Source: Tepidisphaera sp. (GTDB lineage Bacteria > Planctomycetota > Phycisphaerae > Phycisphaerales > UBA1924). Taken from it: a DNA stretch of 64,000 nucleotides. Both the position numbers and the translations under genes were made by a program. This document shows, one piece after another, positions 47,025 to 56,352 of the stretch. Numbering within the stretch: the stretch's first letter is position 1; every line of letters starts with the position of its first letter. Where the stretch lies: the NCBI GenBank assembly GCA_016124375.1, contig WGNV01000006.1:29479-93478 (forward strand). Direction: 5' to 3'. Below the pieces are notes generated by a model. The model did not search any database. It was given only the letters and a program-made list of their open reading frames with translations, and was not told the DNA's origin.

Positions 47025-47897
47025 CTAAACGCCGTAGGACTTGCGGATGAACCAATCCATCACGCGGGTGGGCAGGGCGGCTTTGAGGAGCGCGAGCACG
47101 CGGGCGTCGGCGCCGACCAGGGCGCGGGTGAAGGGGCGCCGGGCGCGCAGCGCACGGACGACGCGCGTCGCCACCTTGTCGGGGTCGATCGCTGTCTTTT
47201 CCATCATGCGCTTGCCGACTTTTTCGAGATTCCTGATCTTGGGCTCGTAGCGGGCCCGCGCGTAGGCGGGGATGGCGCGGATGCTCTCCTCGGCCTGCGA
47301 CATCGACTTGTCGAAGATGGGCGTCTTGATCGCGCCGGGCTCGATGATCGAGACGGCGACGCCGGTGTCGGCGAGTTCCATGCGAAGCGCATCACTCAAC
47401 GCCTCGAGCGCGAACTTCGACGCGGTGTACGCCCCCAGCAGCGGCTGGGCGACGCGGCCCCCGATGGAGGAGATGTTGATGACGCGGCCCTTGGCTTCGA
47501 TGAGCGAGGGCAGCAGGGCCCGCGTGAGCGCGACCACGCCGAAGACGTTGATGTCAAACTGCCGCCGCCAGCCCGCAAGATCCAGCGTCTCGATGCCACC
47601 GAGCACGAAGACTCCGGCGTTGTTCACGAGCCCCACCAGCACGTCGCCCTGAGCACGCAACGCCTCCACCCGGGCGACGCACGCCTGGATGTCGCGCTCG
47701 TCGGTGACTTCAAGACGCAGGGGTTCGAGGCTTTGGCCCGCCCCCAGGGCGGCGGCGTCGGCCTTCAACTGCTCGGCGTGCTCGGGGCGGCGGTACCCCG
47801 CCAGCACGTGCCAGCCCTCGCGGGCCAGGCGAAGCGAGATCGCCCGGCCGATGCCGGTGGAGGCGCCCGAAACCACGACCCAGCGGCGAGACGGCAT
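47025..47897 (-). CDS. SDR oxidoreductase (RDH/17beta-HSD-like)
   Basis: SGASTGIG, LVNNAG, YTASK, IEPG. Confidence 0.9.
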   Translation of the reverse strand: MPSRRWVVVSGASTGIGRAISLRLAREGWHVLAGYRRPEHAEQLKADAAALGAGQSLEPLRLEVTDERDIQACVARVEALRAQGDVLVGLVNNAGVFVLGGIETLDLAGWRRQFDINVFGVVALTRALLPSLIEAKGRVINISSIGGRVAQPLLGAYTASKFALEALSDALRMELADTGVAVSIIEPGAIKTPIFDKSMSQAEESIRAIPAYARARYEPKIRNLEKVGKRMMEKTAIDPDKVATRVVRALRARRPFTRALVGADARVLALLKAALPTRVMDWFIRKSYGV

Positions 47898-47933
47898 CTG
47901 CGGTTCCTTTCGTCAGTGTTCATGGCGGAAAAA

Positions 47934-47961
47934 GTATACACTGTAAACGTACGGTGTAAAC
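47934..47961. promoter_or_regulatory. Tandem TetR operator between divergent SDR and tetR
   Basis: TACA-C-TGTA and TACG-G-TGTA palindromes. Confidence 0.6.
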
Positions 47962-47991
47962 ACAGCGGAGTCAAGGTGCGGGCTACCATCG

Positions 47992-48636
47992 ATGGTGGCA
48001 AAGAAGCGAACAGTCGTGAGCGCCGGCGGCGGGCGTCCCGGGCGGGGGCTGAGCAGAGATCGCATCCTGCAGGCGGCGATGTCGCTGGTGGACCAGGAGG
48101 GCGAGCAGGGCCTCTCCATGCGCCGCCTCGGGTCGTCGCTCGGCGTCGAGGCCATGGCGATCTACAACCACTTTGAGAATCGCGAAGCGATCCTGGACGC
48201 GATGGCGGACTGGCTGTTTTCGCAGATGAGCCCGCCCGGCGCGGGCGCCGGGTGGCGGAGCATGGTGCGCGGGCTGGCGATGGAGTTTCGGGGGCTGGCG
48301 TTGCGGCATCCGAACCGGTTTGGCGTTGCGATGAGCCGCCCGAGCAAGCCGGCGCGGGCCTTGCCGCTCATGGATGTGGTGCTCGGGGCGCTGGCGCAGG
48401 GGGGGATGTCTCCGGCGCGGCGGGTGCAGGTGTATCACGCGCTGGTTGGCTTCATCCGCGGGTTCCTGTTGTGGGAGATGGACATCCGCGCCGGGCGGTG
48501 CGCGCTGGAGTTGCCTCGCGAGATGCTGGCGGAGTTTCCGCACGTGAAAGCCGCGGCGGCGCGAATGGGGCTGAGCGACCTGGATCGGCTCTTCGCGGGC
48601 GGGGTCGATGTGATCCTGGAAGGCGGGCTCAGGTGA
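47992..48636 (+). CDS. TetR family regulator (TetR_C type)
   Basis: LSRDRILQAA...LSMRRLG..LGVEAMAIYNHF. Confidence 0.92.
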   Translation: MVAKKRTVVSAGGGRPGRGLSRDRILQAAMSLVDQEGEQGLSMRRLGSSLGVEAMAIYNHFENREAILDAMADWLFSQMSPPGAGAGWRSMVRGLAMEFRGLALRHPNRFGVAMSRPSKPARALPLMDVVLGALAQGGMSPARRVQVYHALVGFIRGFLLWEMDIRAGRCALELPREMLAEFPHVKAAAARMGLSDLDRLFAGGVDVILEGGLR

Positions 48637-48874
48637 GTGGGCGGAAGGACGGGGTGGCGCGGGTTCGTGCGGCGGGCAGGATGGCCGGCTTGAAGCATGA
48701 ATGCGCGGGGCGCTCATGTCAGCATCATCTTCCGTGCACACCGGCTCTGGCGGCGAAAAACGCAGTGAATAGCAGCAGTACACGATGAAGCGCTGGCCGC
48801 GGGTGGGGCGGAGTGCGGGGGTGCGGGGGCGGCCCAAGGGGCGTGAGCGCGGAGAGGCGAGGCTAAACTGCGGC

Positions 48875-49708
48875 ATGAAAGCACGCGGATTTACGCTGAT
48901 TGAGCTGCTGGTGTGCATTTTCGTGATCGGGGTGCTGGTGGGCCTGGTGGTGCCCGGGCTGGACCGGGTGCGTGAGCGGGGCTTGTTGACGCAGTCGATC
49001 GCGAACATGCACCAGGTGACGCTCGGGGGCGGCGCGTACCAGCAGGATTACAAGGATCGGCTGCCGTTCACGCCCGTGTTCCAGCGGGGGAGTGTGGCGG
49101 GTGCGACCTCCGGGCCGCTGGAGGGGTTGTGCCCGTGGTCGTTTGCGGGGGCGAACAACGCGGCGACGTGGGCCGGCAGGGCGTTTGACGTAGAGGCCGC
49201 GGACAGGCCGATGAACGCGTATGTGGCGGCGGGCCTGAGCCTGGATGCGCCGGCGGCGCCGGAGACGATGGGCGCGAACGACACGGCGCGGCGGCTGCAG
49301 ATCCCGGTGTTACGCACGCGCGGGTTTGAGGATTCGCTGGAGCACACGTATCCGGGTGAGCCGGCGCAGACGACCGGGGTGACGTGCTGCGATGATGTTG
49401 GGACGTCGTACCTGCTGAACCTGCGCTGGCTGGACGGGTTTGATGGCGACGCGGTGAAGAAGGTGGAGACGGGGAGCCAGACGCTGGTGTCGTCGATCGG
49501 GAGGATCCGGACGGATCGGTTCGCGTGGGTGACGGATCAGAGCGGAGAGGCGCTGCCCAGGCTGACGCCCCCGGGGTTTGAGTGGAACAACGCGTTTGAT
49601 GACGACGATCAGTCGGTGATGGGTTTTCTCGACGCGCACGTGGCGTACGTGAAGATCGAAGCCGGCAGGACCAGCGGCAAGGACTTCACGCTGCTGCTGG
49701 GGCCGTGA
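48875..49708 (+). CDS. Prepilin-type N-terminal cleavage/methylation protein (DUF1559-like)
   Basis: RGFTLIELLV; C-terminal GFLDAHV (H-X9-DG-like). Confidence 0.85.
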   Translation: MKARGFTLIELLVCIFVIGVLVGLVVPGLDRVRERGLLTQSIANMHQVTLGGGAYQQDYKDRLPFTPVFQRGSVAGATSGPLEGLCPWSFAGANNAATWAGRAFDVEAADRPMNAYVAAGLSLDAPAAPETMGANDTARRLQIPVLRTRGFEDSLEHTYPGEPAQTTGVTCCDDVGTSYLLNLRWLDGFDGDAVKKVETGSQTLVSSIGRIRTDRFAWVTDQSGEALPRLTPPGFEWNNAFDDDDQSVMGFLDAHVAYVKIEAGRTSGKDFTLLLGP

Positions 49709-49724
49709 GTGGACTGGGGCGGAC

Positions 49725-51071
49725 CTACTTGGCGATGATGGCGGCGCGGCCGACGCTGTAGTAGTTGAAGTTCACCTGGCGCATGCTGGCGGGCTTGTAG
49801 AGGTTTCGCCCGTCGAAGATGGTGCGGCTCTTCATGAGTTTGCCGATGCGCTCGAAGTCGGGGCTTTTGAACTCGTCCCAGTCGGTGGAGATGACCAGCG
49901 CGTCGGCGCCCTTCAGGGCCTCGTACATCTCGTTGACGATGGTGGCGGCCTTGCCCATCTCGCGGCCAACGTTTTCGCCTGCGACGGGGTCGAAGCCCCG
50001 CACGACGGCGCCGTAGCCCAGGGCCTTGCGCATGAGGGTGAGGGCGGGGGCTTCGCGGATGTCGTCGGTCTTGGGTTTGAAGGCCAGGCCCCAGAAGGCG
50101 AGGGTCTTGCCGGTGAGGCCGCCCTGGGGCTTGAAGTGGGCCTGGATCTTGTCGAAGAAGCGGTCGCGTTGGCGCTGGTTGACGCTGTGAACGCTCTTGC
50201 TGAGCGTGGCCTCGATGCCGGCCTTGTCGCCCATCATGATGCAGGCGAGGGTGTCCTTTGGGAAGCAGGAGCCGCCGTAGCCCAGGCCGGGGTACAAGAA
50301 CGCGTTGCCGATGCGCTTATCGCTGCACATGCCCTCGCGGACGCGGTTGATGTCGGCGCCGTAGGCCTCGCAGAGATTGGCCATCTCATTGATGAAGCTG
50401 ATCTTGGTGGCGAGGAAGTTGTTGCTCGCGTACTTGACCATCTCGGCGCTGAGGACATCCATGACGTAGATGGGGTGGCCGTTGCGGACGAAGGGGTCGT
50501 AGAGGTCGCGCATGAGCTGGCCGGTGCGATCGTTCTCGACGCCGACGACGACGCGGTCGGGCTTGTTGAAGTCATCGATGGCGGCGCCCTCTTTGAGGAA
50601 CTCGGGGTTGTCGGCGACCTCGAAGGGGATGGTGGGCCCGACCTTGGCGCGGATGCGGTCGCGGACCATGAAGGTGGTGCCGACGGGGACGGTGCTCTTG
50701 ACGACGACGACCTTGGGCTTCTGGTTGGGGCCGAGGGACTTGATGACGTCGGCGATGTCGTCGGCGGCGCCTTCGACGTAGCGCAGGTCGGTGTGGCCCC
50801 GCTCGTCGCTGGGGGTGCCGACGCAGATGAAGATCATGTCCGCGTCCTTGTACGCCGCGGCCTTGTCGAGGGTGTAGTGCAGTCGCCCGGCGGCGTGGTT
50901 GTGCTTCATGAGCTCGGTGAGGCCGGGCTCGTAGATGGGGCAGATGTCCTGCTTGAGTTTTTCGATTTTGGAGGGATCGACGTCGAGGCAGGTGACGTCG
51001 TTGCCGGTGTTCGCGAAGCAGACGCCTGTGACCAGGCCAACGTATCCGGTGCCAACCATCGTGAGCCGCAT
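49725..51071 (-). CDS. ugd: UDP-glucose 6-dehydrogenase
   Basis: GTGYVG, KSTVPVGT, NPEFLKEG, GYGGSCFPKD, AFKPKTDDIRE. Confidence 0.95.
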   Translation of the reverse strand: MRLTMVGTGYVGLVTGVCFANTGNDVTCLDVDPSKIEKLKQDICPIYEPGLTELMKHNHAAGRLHYTLDKAAAYKDADMIFICVGTPSDERGHTDLRYVEGAADDIADVIKSLGPNQKPKVVVVKSTVPVGTTFMVRDRIRAKVGPTIPFEVADNPEFLKEGAAIDDFNKPDRVVVGVENDRTGQLMRDLYDPFVRNGHPIYVMDVLSAEMVKYASNNFLATKISFINEMANLCEAYGADINRVREGMCSDKRIGNAFLYPGLGYGGSCFPKDTLACIMMGDKAGIEATLSKSVHSVNQRQRDRFFDKIQAHFKPQGGLTGKTLAFWGLAFKPKTDDIREAPALTLMRKALGYGAVVRGFDPVAGENVGREMGKAATIVNEMYEALKGADALVISTDWDEFKSPDFERIGKLMKSRTIFDGRNLYKPASMRQVNFNYYSVGRAAIIAK

Positions 51072-51275
51072 GCGAATCTCCCTTGGGGCCTCTCGGCCGG
51101 TGGGTGTGTGGGGGAACGGAAGGGGTGCGAACCCGCGGACGAGTCATCGGCCGTACGCGGCGGGCAACTGTAGGGTTTGGTGCGGGCTGAATGCCCGAGA
51201 ACCGGCTATCTTCCGCGGTTGATCCGGCGTGGCTTGGCGGCCGCGGGTGCCGGCCCGCCCTTCTTGAGGACATGC

Positions 51276-52097
51276 ATGGCGAATAAGAAAAAGGCGAGGT
51301 TGACGGCCAAGGCCGCGGACCCGCACGCGCTCTACCAGGCCGCGGTGCAGTGCCCCGAGGCGGAAATGAACTTTGTGGAGGCCCAGTTCCGCCGCCTGCG
51401 CGGGCGGGAGGCCCGGCGCATCCGCGAAGATTTCTGCGGGACGGCGTACTCGTCGTGCGAGTGGGTCCGGCGGCACCCGCAGAACTTGGCGGTGGGGCTG
51501 GATCTCGACCTCGACACGCTGCAGTGGGGGGCGGACCACAATGTTGCCGCCTTGCCCGCCGCCGCGCAGGAGCGGGTCCAGCTCCTGCGGCGCGATGTGC
51601 GGGAGCCGGGGCCGGGGGCGTCGAGCGGGTTTGACGCGGTTTTGGCGATGAACTTCAGTTACTGGATCTTCAAGACCCGGGAGGACCTGCGGGGCTATTT
51701 CAAGATCGTTCGGCGCAGCCTGAAGCCCGATGGGGTGCTCTTCATGGACGTCTGGGGCGGGTTTGAGTCCATGAAAGAGCAGGTCGAGAAGCGACGCTGC
51801 CGGGGCTTTGTGTATCAGTGGGAGCAGGCGGGGTACAACCCGGTGACGGGGGACCTCAAGTGCTACATCCACTTCGAGTTTCCGGACAAGACCCGACTCT
51901 TCCGGGCCTTCACCTACGAATGGAGATTGTGGACCGTCCCCGAAATTCGCGAGCTGCTGCTCGAGGCCGGCTTCCGCAAGGTCCGGTTCTTCGGCGAGGG
52001 CAACGACAAGAGCGGCGGGGGCAACGGGGTCTTCCGAGAAACCGCCAGGCACGACGCCGACGCGTCGTTCGTGGCGTACCTGGTGGCGGAGCGATAA
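51276..52097 (+). CDS. Class I SAM-dependent methyltransferase
   Basis: LYQAAVQ, REDFCGT, GLDLD, AMNFSYW. Confidence 0.8.
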   Translation: MANKKKARLTAKAADPHALYQAAVQCPEAEMNFVEAQFRRLRGREARRIREDFCGTAYSSCEWVRRHPQNLAVGLDLDLDTLQWGADHNVAALPAAAQERVQLLRRDVREPGPGASSGFDAVLAMNFSYWIFKTREDLRGYFKIVRRSLKPDGVLFMDVWGGFESMKEQVEKRRCRGFVYQWEQAGYNPVTGDLKCYIHFEFPDKTRLFRAFTYEWRLWTVPEIRELLLEAGFRKVRFFGEGNDKSGGGNGVFRETARHDADASFVAYLVAER

Positions 52098-52112
52098 GCG
52101 AAGGGAGCGGGC

Positions 52113-52784
52113 ATGGCGGGCACATACGTCGTCACGGGAGCGTCGCGGGGCATCGGGCTGGAGTTCTGCCGCCAGTTGAGCAAGCGGGGCGAGCGCGTCA
52201 TCGGCGTCACGCGCTCGCCCGCCCCGGCGCTGGCCGAACTGGGCGTGCGGACGGAGCTGGCGGACGTGACCAACCCGGCGCAGGTGGCCGCGCTCGGTCA
52301 GCGGCTGGCGGGCGAGGCGGTTGATGTGCTCATCAACAACGCGGGGGTCAGCAGCAAGGCCAATCGCCTCGATGACCTGTCGCTGGAAGAACTCGCCCGC
52401 GTCTTTGCGGTCAATGCGTCCAGCCCGCTGGTGGTGACGCGGGCGATGATGCCCGGCCTCCGGGCCGGCGCCCGGCGGCTCATCATCAACATCTCAAGCC
52501 AGCTCGGCAGCATCACGAACAACACCGGGGGCTCGAGCTATCCGTATCGGGCGAGCAAGGCGGCGCTGAACATGCTCACGGTCTCGCTGGCCAACGAACT
52601 GCGCCCCGAGGGCTTTACGTGCGTCACGGTGCATCCGGGCTGGGTGCAGACCGACATGGGCGGGCCGAATGCGACGCTCACGCCGCCGCAGGCAGTGGCG
52701 TCGATGCTCGGGGTCTTTGACAAGCTGACCGCGGGGGACACCGGGCGATTCCTGAACTATGACGGCAAGACGCTGCCCTGGTGA
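52113..52784 (+). CDS. SDR oxidoreductase (CsgA/C-factor-like)
   Basis: TGASRGIG, INNAG, YRASKAALN, HPGWVQTDMGG. Confidence 0.9.
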   Translation: MAGTYVVTGASRGIGLEFCRQLSKRGERVIGVTRSPAPALAELGVRTELADVTNPAQVAALGQRLAGEAVDVLINNAGVSSKANRLDDLSLEELARVFAVNASSPLVVTRAMMPGLRAGARRLIINISSQLGSITNNTGGSSYPYRASKAALNMLTVSLANELRPEGFTCVTVHPGWVQTDMGGPNATLTPPQAVASMLGVFDKLTAGDTGRFLNYDGKTLPW

Positions 52785-53104
52785 GCCGGCGTTCGCCGGG
52801 CACCCGGGGCGCTGCGTTGGACCACGAAAAACCCGAGTGCTGTCGGGCTCTTCGCGCCGGTTCTTGGACCCCGGATTATGCGACGGGGCCGAGGCTGGAA
52901 ATCGCTGCCGCCGTCATTCCGGACCCGCGCGATCCCTCCCTCCTGCCCGATCCATCCCAGCCCCCGAAACGCCCCGGCAGGCAGGCGCGGCATGCCCGCC
53001 ACGGGTTGCCCCGATCAGGGGTGCAGCCACCGTCACGCCCGTCAAGTCTCCGGCGCGGGGGCCCGATGCTCCGGGGCCAACAGCCCCACGGGAGTACCGC
53101 GTTG

Positions 53105-53527
53105 ATGCACCCGATCCACCTCTTGATGCTTCGTCAGTGCTACGAAATGTTCGAGCCTTGCGGGACGGCCCTGATCGCCGGCGTCATTCGACGCCTGGGC
53201 GACGACCATCCCGACGTTCGCGCGCTCTTCCCCGACGACACGGGCGACCTCCACGAAGTGTGGTTCAAGACCCTGGGCCAGATCATCCGCAAGGCCAACC
53301 GGTTCTCGACCCTCGAAGCGCCGCTGGCGGAGCTTGGCAAACAGGCCGCCACCACCGGCGCCACCATCCGCGACTACGAGATCATCCGCTCCGAGCTGTT
53401 GGGAGCCATGGCGAGGCTGGCCGCGGACGACTGGACGCCCGAGCTCGCCCGCGCGTGGGGCCTGCTGCTTGAAAGCGTGACGGGCGCGATGCTCGCCGGC
53501 GCCGGCAAGTCTCGCATGGCGGCGTAG
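53105..53527 (+). CDS. Single-domain globin-fold protein lacking proximal His
   Basis: HPDVRALF, LAELGKQA..G....Y....LL, WTPELARAW. Confidence 0.75.
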   Translation: MHPIHLLMLRQCYEMFEPCGTALIAGVIRRLGDDHPDVRALFPDDTGDLHEVWFKTLGQIIRKANRFSTLEAPLAELGKQAATTGATIRDYEIIRSELLGAMARLAADDWTPELARAWGLLLESVTGAMLAGAGKSRMAA

Positions 53528-53711
53528 GCGGGCCCTCGCGATCGCGGGAGATGACGCCCCGCGCTCCCCGCGACGCCCAAACTCCGGTTCCCGCCCCGCA
53601 CGCTCGCACCGACCGGCCCGCGCCCTTATAGTCCGCGCTTCCACGCCCCGGCCGTCGTGCCGGGCTGGGTTTTTCGTTCGGTTTCGAGGGTCCGGCCTCA
53701 GGGATTGATCC

Positions 53712-55568
53712 ATGCTCATTCGCACGCACACGTGTGGTCAACTGCGCGAGTCTCACGTCGGACAGACTGTCCGCCTCAACGGCTGGGTGAACAGCTATCG
53801 CGACCACGGCAACCTCATCTTCATCGATCTGCGCGATCGGCACGGGCTGACGCAGCTCGTCTTCGACGCCGAGGCCAACAAGGCCGCCACCATGGCCGGA
53901 GCCGACAAGCTCCGCAACGAAGACGTCGTGGCGATCGAGGGCACGGTGCGCGTGCGCATCGGGGGCGAAAACCCCAAGCTCGCCACTGGCAAGGTCGAGG
54001 TCGTCGTCACCAGCCTTGAAGTGCTGGCCAAGACCGACAACCCGCCGTTTCTTCCCGAGGATCCGACGGCGGACGGCAAGATCAAGTTGCCCAACGAAGA
54101 GCTGCGCCTGACGCACCGGTACTTGGACCTGCGGCGGCCGGGCATGCAAAAAGTGCTGGCGCTGCGCCACAAGCTCTACCAGGTGACGCGCCGGTACTTC
54201 GACGAGAACGGGTTTCTGGAGATCGAGACGCCGATTCTCTACAAGAGCACGCCCGAGGGGGCGCGGGAGTTTCTGGTGCCGAGCCGCCATGTGCCGGGGA
54301 CGTTTTACGCGTTGCCCCAGAGCCCGCAGCTCTTCAAGCAGATTCTCATGGTCAGCGGCTGCGACCGGTACATGCAGATCTGTCGGTGCTTCCGCGATGA
54401 AGACCCCCGCGCCGACCGGCAGGCGGAGTTCACGCAGATCGATCTCGAGATGAGTTTCGTGCGGCGTGAGCAGATCATGGACATGATGGAGGGGTTCGTC
54501 CGGCGCCTGTGGAAGGAGATGACCGGCTTCGATGTGCCGCCGGTGCAGCGCATGGGCTATCGCGAGGCGATGGAGGATTACGGGATCGATCGCCCCGACA
54601 CGCGGTATGACCTCAAGATCAAGGACGTGACCGACCTCGCGGCCCGCACCGAGCTGGGCTTCTTCAAGGAGACGGCGGCGAAGAACGCCGACAAGAGCCG
54701 CTATTACAGCAAGCGGGGCGTCATCAAGGCGCTGCGCGTGCCGGGCGGCAGCGAGAAGCTCACACGGAAGATCACCGACGGCTACACCGAGTTTGTGAAA
54801 GGCTTCGGCGCTGGAGGCGTCGCTGTCGTCAAGGTCAATGCCCAGGGCGTCTTCGAGACGGGTGTGGCCAAGTTCCTGGAGCCGCTCAAGGCCGAGTTCG
54901 TCGAGCGGCTGGGGTTGAAGCCCGGCGACACGGTGCTGTTTGTCGCGGACACCTACGCCGTCTGCACCAAGGCGATGGGCGAACTGCGCCAGAAGGTGGC
55001 GCGGGACATGGGCATCGTGCCCAAGCCCGGGGCCGAGGGGGGGCCGTGGAACTTCCTGTGGGTCGTGGATTTCCCGATGTTCGAGAAGAACAAGGAAACC
55101 GGCAAGTGGGTCGCGATGCACCATCCGTTCACCGCCCCGCGCGACGACCAGCGCGACCTATTCGTCAACGCCGGTGTCGATGATGAGGAGGCCATCGAGA
55201 GCATCGTGTCGGCGGGCTACGACATTGTCTTGAACGGGCAGGAGATCGCGGGCGGGTCGGTGCGTATCCACGACAAGGCGGTGCAGAGCAAGGTCTTCCA
55301 GTTGCTGGGCATGACGCCCGAGCAGGCGAAGGAGAAGTTTTCGTTCCTGCTGGAGGCGTTGTCGTATGGGGCGCCGCCGCACGCGGGGATCGCGTTCGGG
55401 CTCGACCGGCTGGTGATGAACTTCGCGGGGACGGACAACATCCGCGATGTGATCGCCTTCCCCAAGACGCAGGTCGGCAGCGACCTGATGACGCGGGCGC
55501 CCAGCGGCGTGCCGGAGAATCAGTTGAAGGACGTGCACATCAAGACGATTTCGACGCCGGGGGCGTGA
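53712..55568 (+). CDS. aspS: Aspartate--tRNA ligase
   Basis: RTHTCG, RDHG..FIDLRD, STPEGARE, LPQSPQLFKQ, CFRDED.RADRQ.EF, HHPFT, GLDR. Confidence 0.97.
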   Translation: MLIRTHTCGQLRESHVGQTVRLNGWVNSYRDHGNLIFIDLRDRHGLTQLVFDAEANKAATMAGADKLRNEDVVAIEGTVRVRIGGENPKLATGKVEVVVTSLEVLAKTDNPPFLPEDPTADGKIKLPNEELRLTHRYLDLRRPGMQKVLALRHKLYQVTRRYFDENGFLEIETPILYKSTPEGAREFLVPSRHVPGTFYALPQSPQLFKQILMVSGCDRYMQICRCFRDEDPRADRQAEFTQIDLEMSFVRREQIMDMMEGFVRRLWKEMTGFDVPPVQRMGYREAMEDYGIDRPDTRYDLKIKDVTDLAARTELGFFKETAAKNADKSRYYSKRGVIKALRVPGGSEKLTRKITDGYTEFVKGFGAGGVAVVKVNAQGVFETGVAKFLEPLKAEFVERLGLKPGDTVLFVADTYAVCTKAMGELRQKVARDMGIVPKPGAEGGPWNFLWVVDFPMFEKNKETGKWVAMHHPFTAPRDDQRDLFVNAGVDDEEAIESIVSAGYDIVLNGQEIAGGSVRIHDKAVQSKVFQLLGMTPEQAKEKFSFLLEALSYGAPPHAGIAFGLDRLVMNFAGTDNIRDVIAFPKTQVGSDLMTRAPSGVPENQLKDVHIKTISTPGA

Positions 55569-55660
55569 GGCGTCTATCCGGAAGCTGCATCGCGTTTTTC
55601 ACATTCGAAGAACCATTTTCTTTTTGAGTTGTGGCGACGTTCGAGCGTGAGGAGCGAACC

Positions 55661-56245
55661 GTGTCCACGCCAAACAATCTTCTGGTTGCTATTCAGGTTC
55701 CCTGGATGGTGGACTTGAGTACGCCGTTTGTGAGCCTCATTGTGACGGAGGCTGCAGACGACGGAGATAACTATGTGCGATTTCTAGCGATGCCCATGGC
55801 GGGAATGTTGGATGGACCTGAAAGGGGATTCGAGTGGCAAGACGTTCGTGTTGTGGAGAGTAGCGACAAGGCCCCTACAGGCGGCGGAAGGGCCTCATAC
55901 GACCCTTGTAGCTGGGTGAGAATTCAGTTGATTGGCCATGTTGCTAGCCGCATGCTCCCGGCTTTTTCTGACAGCAAGGTATTGGATCCGTCGCGATTCA
56001 CTCTCGCGGCGGTGAACAATCTTGGCTATGCGCAAGACCCTTCGGGTTACGCGAAAAGATTTCGCGATGCCTGGATTGCGACAGGAATTTGTCCAGACCC
56101 CGGGGTGTATGAGGTCCGGGGGTCAGCGTGGCTTGCGGAGTGTGGGATTGAAGAGGGCTATGCGCATCTGGTCGTGCGGGGCCATGATGTGTTTGTCGAA
56201 GCGATTGCGAGCCGCTGGTCGTGGCGGTTTGAGGCTGACGGGTGA
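55661..56245 (+). CDS. Lower-GC hypothetical protein
   Basis: GAGGAG SD + GTG; C-terminal YEV..S.WL...H....HD..VE.IA pattern. Confidence 0.6.
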   Translation: MSTPNNLLVAIQVPWMVDLSTPFVSLIVTEAADDGDNYVRFLAMPMAGMLDGPERGFEWQDVRVVESSDKAPTGGGRASYDPCSWVRIQLIGHVASRMLPAFSDSKVLDPSRFTLAAVNNLGYAQDPSGYAKRFRDAWIATGICPDPGVYEVRGSAWLAECGIEEGYAHLVVRGHDVFVEAIASRWSWRFEADG

Positions 56246-56352
56246 GTCCGCTATGCAGCGGGCATTACAAGTTTCGCCGCTTCGCGGCTGCATGTTCGGC
56301 TGTGAATGTCAAATGCTGGAGCTCGCGCCTCAGGCTCGTGACGCGCGGGCTT

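Noticed and set aside
52785-53104. Riboswitch upstream of the globin-like gene
   Set aside because: GC-rich hairpins are present but no consensus of a known riboswitch class is recognisable; an Rfam scan is needed
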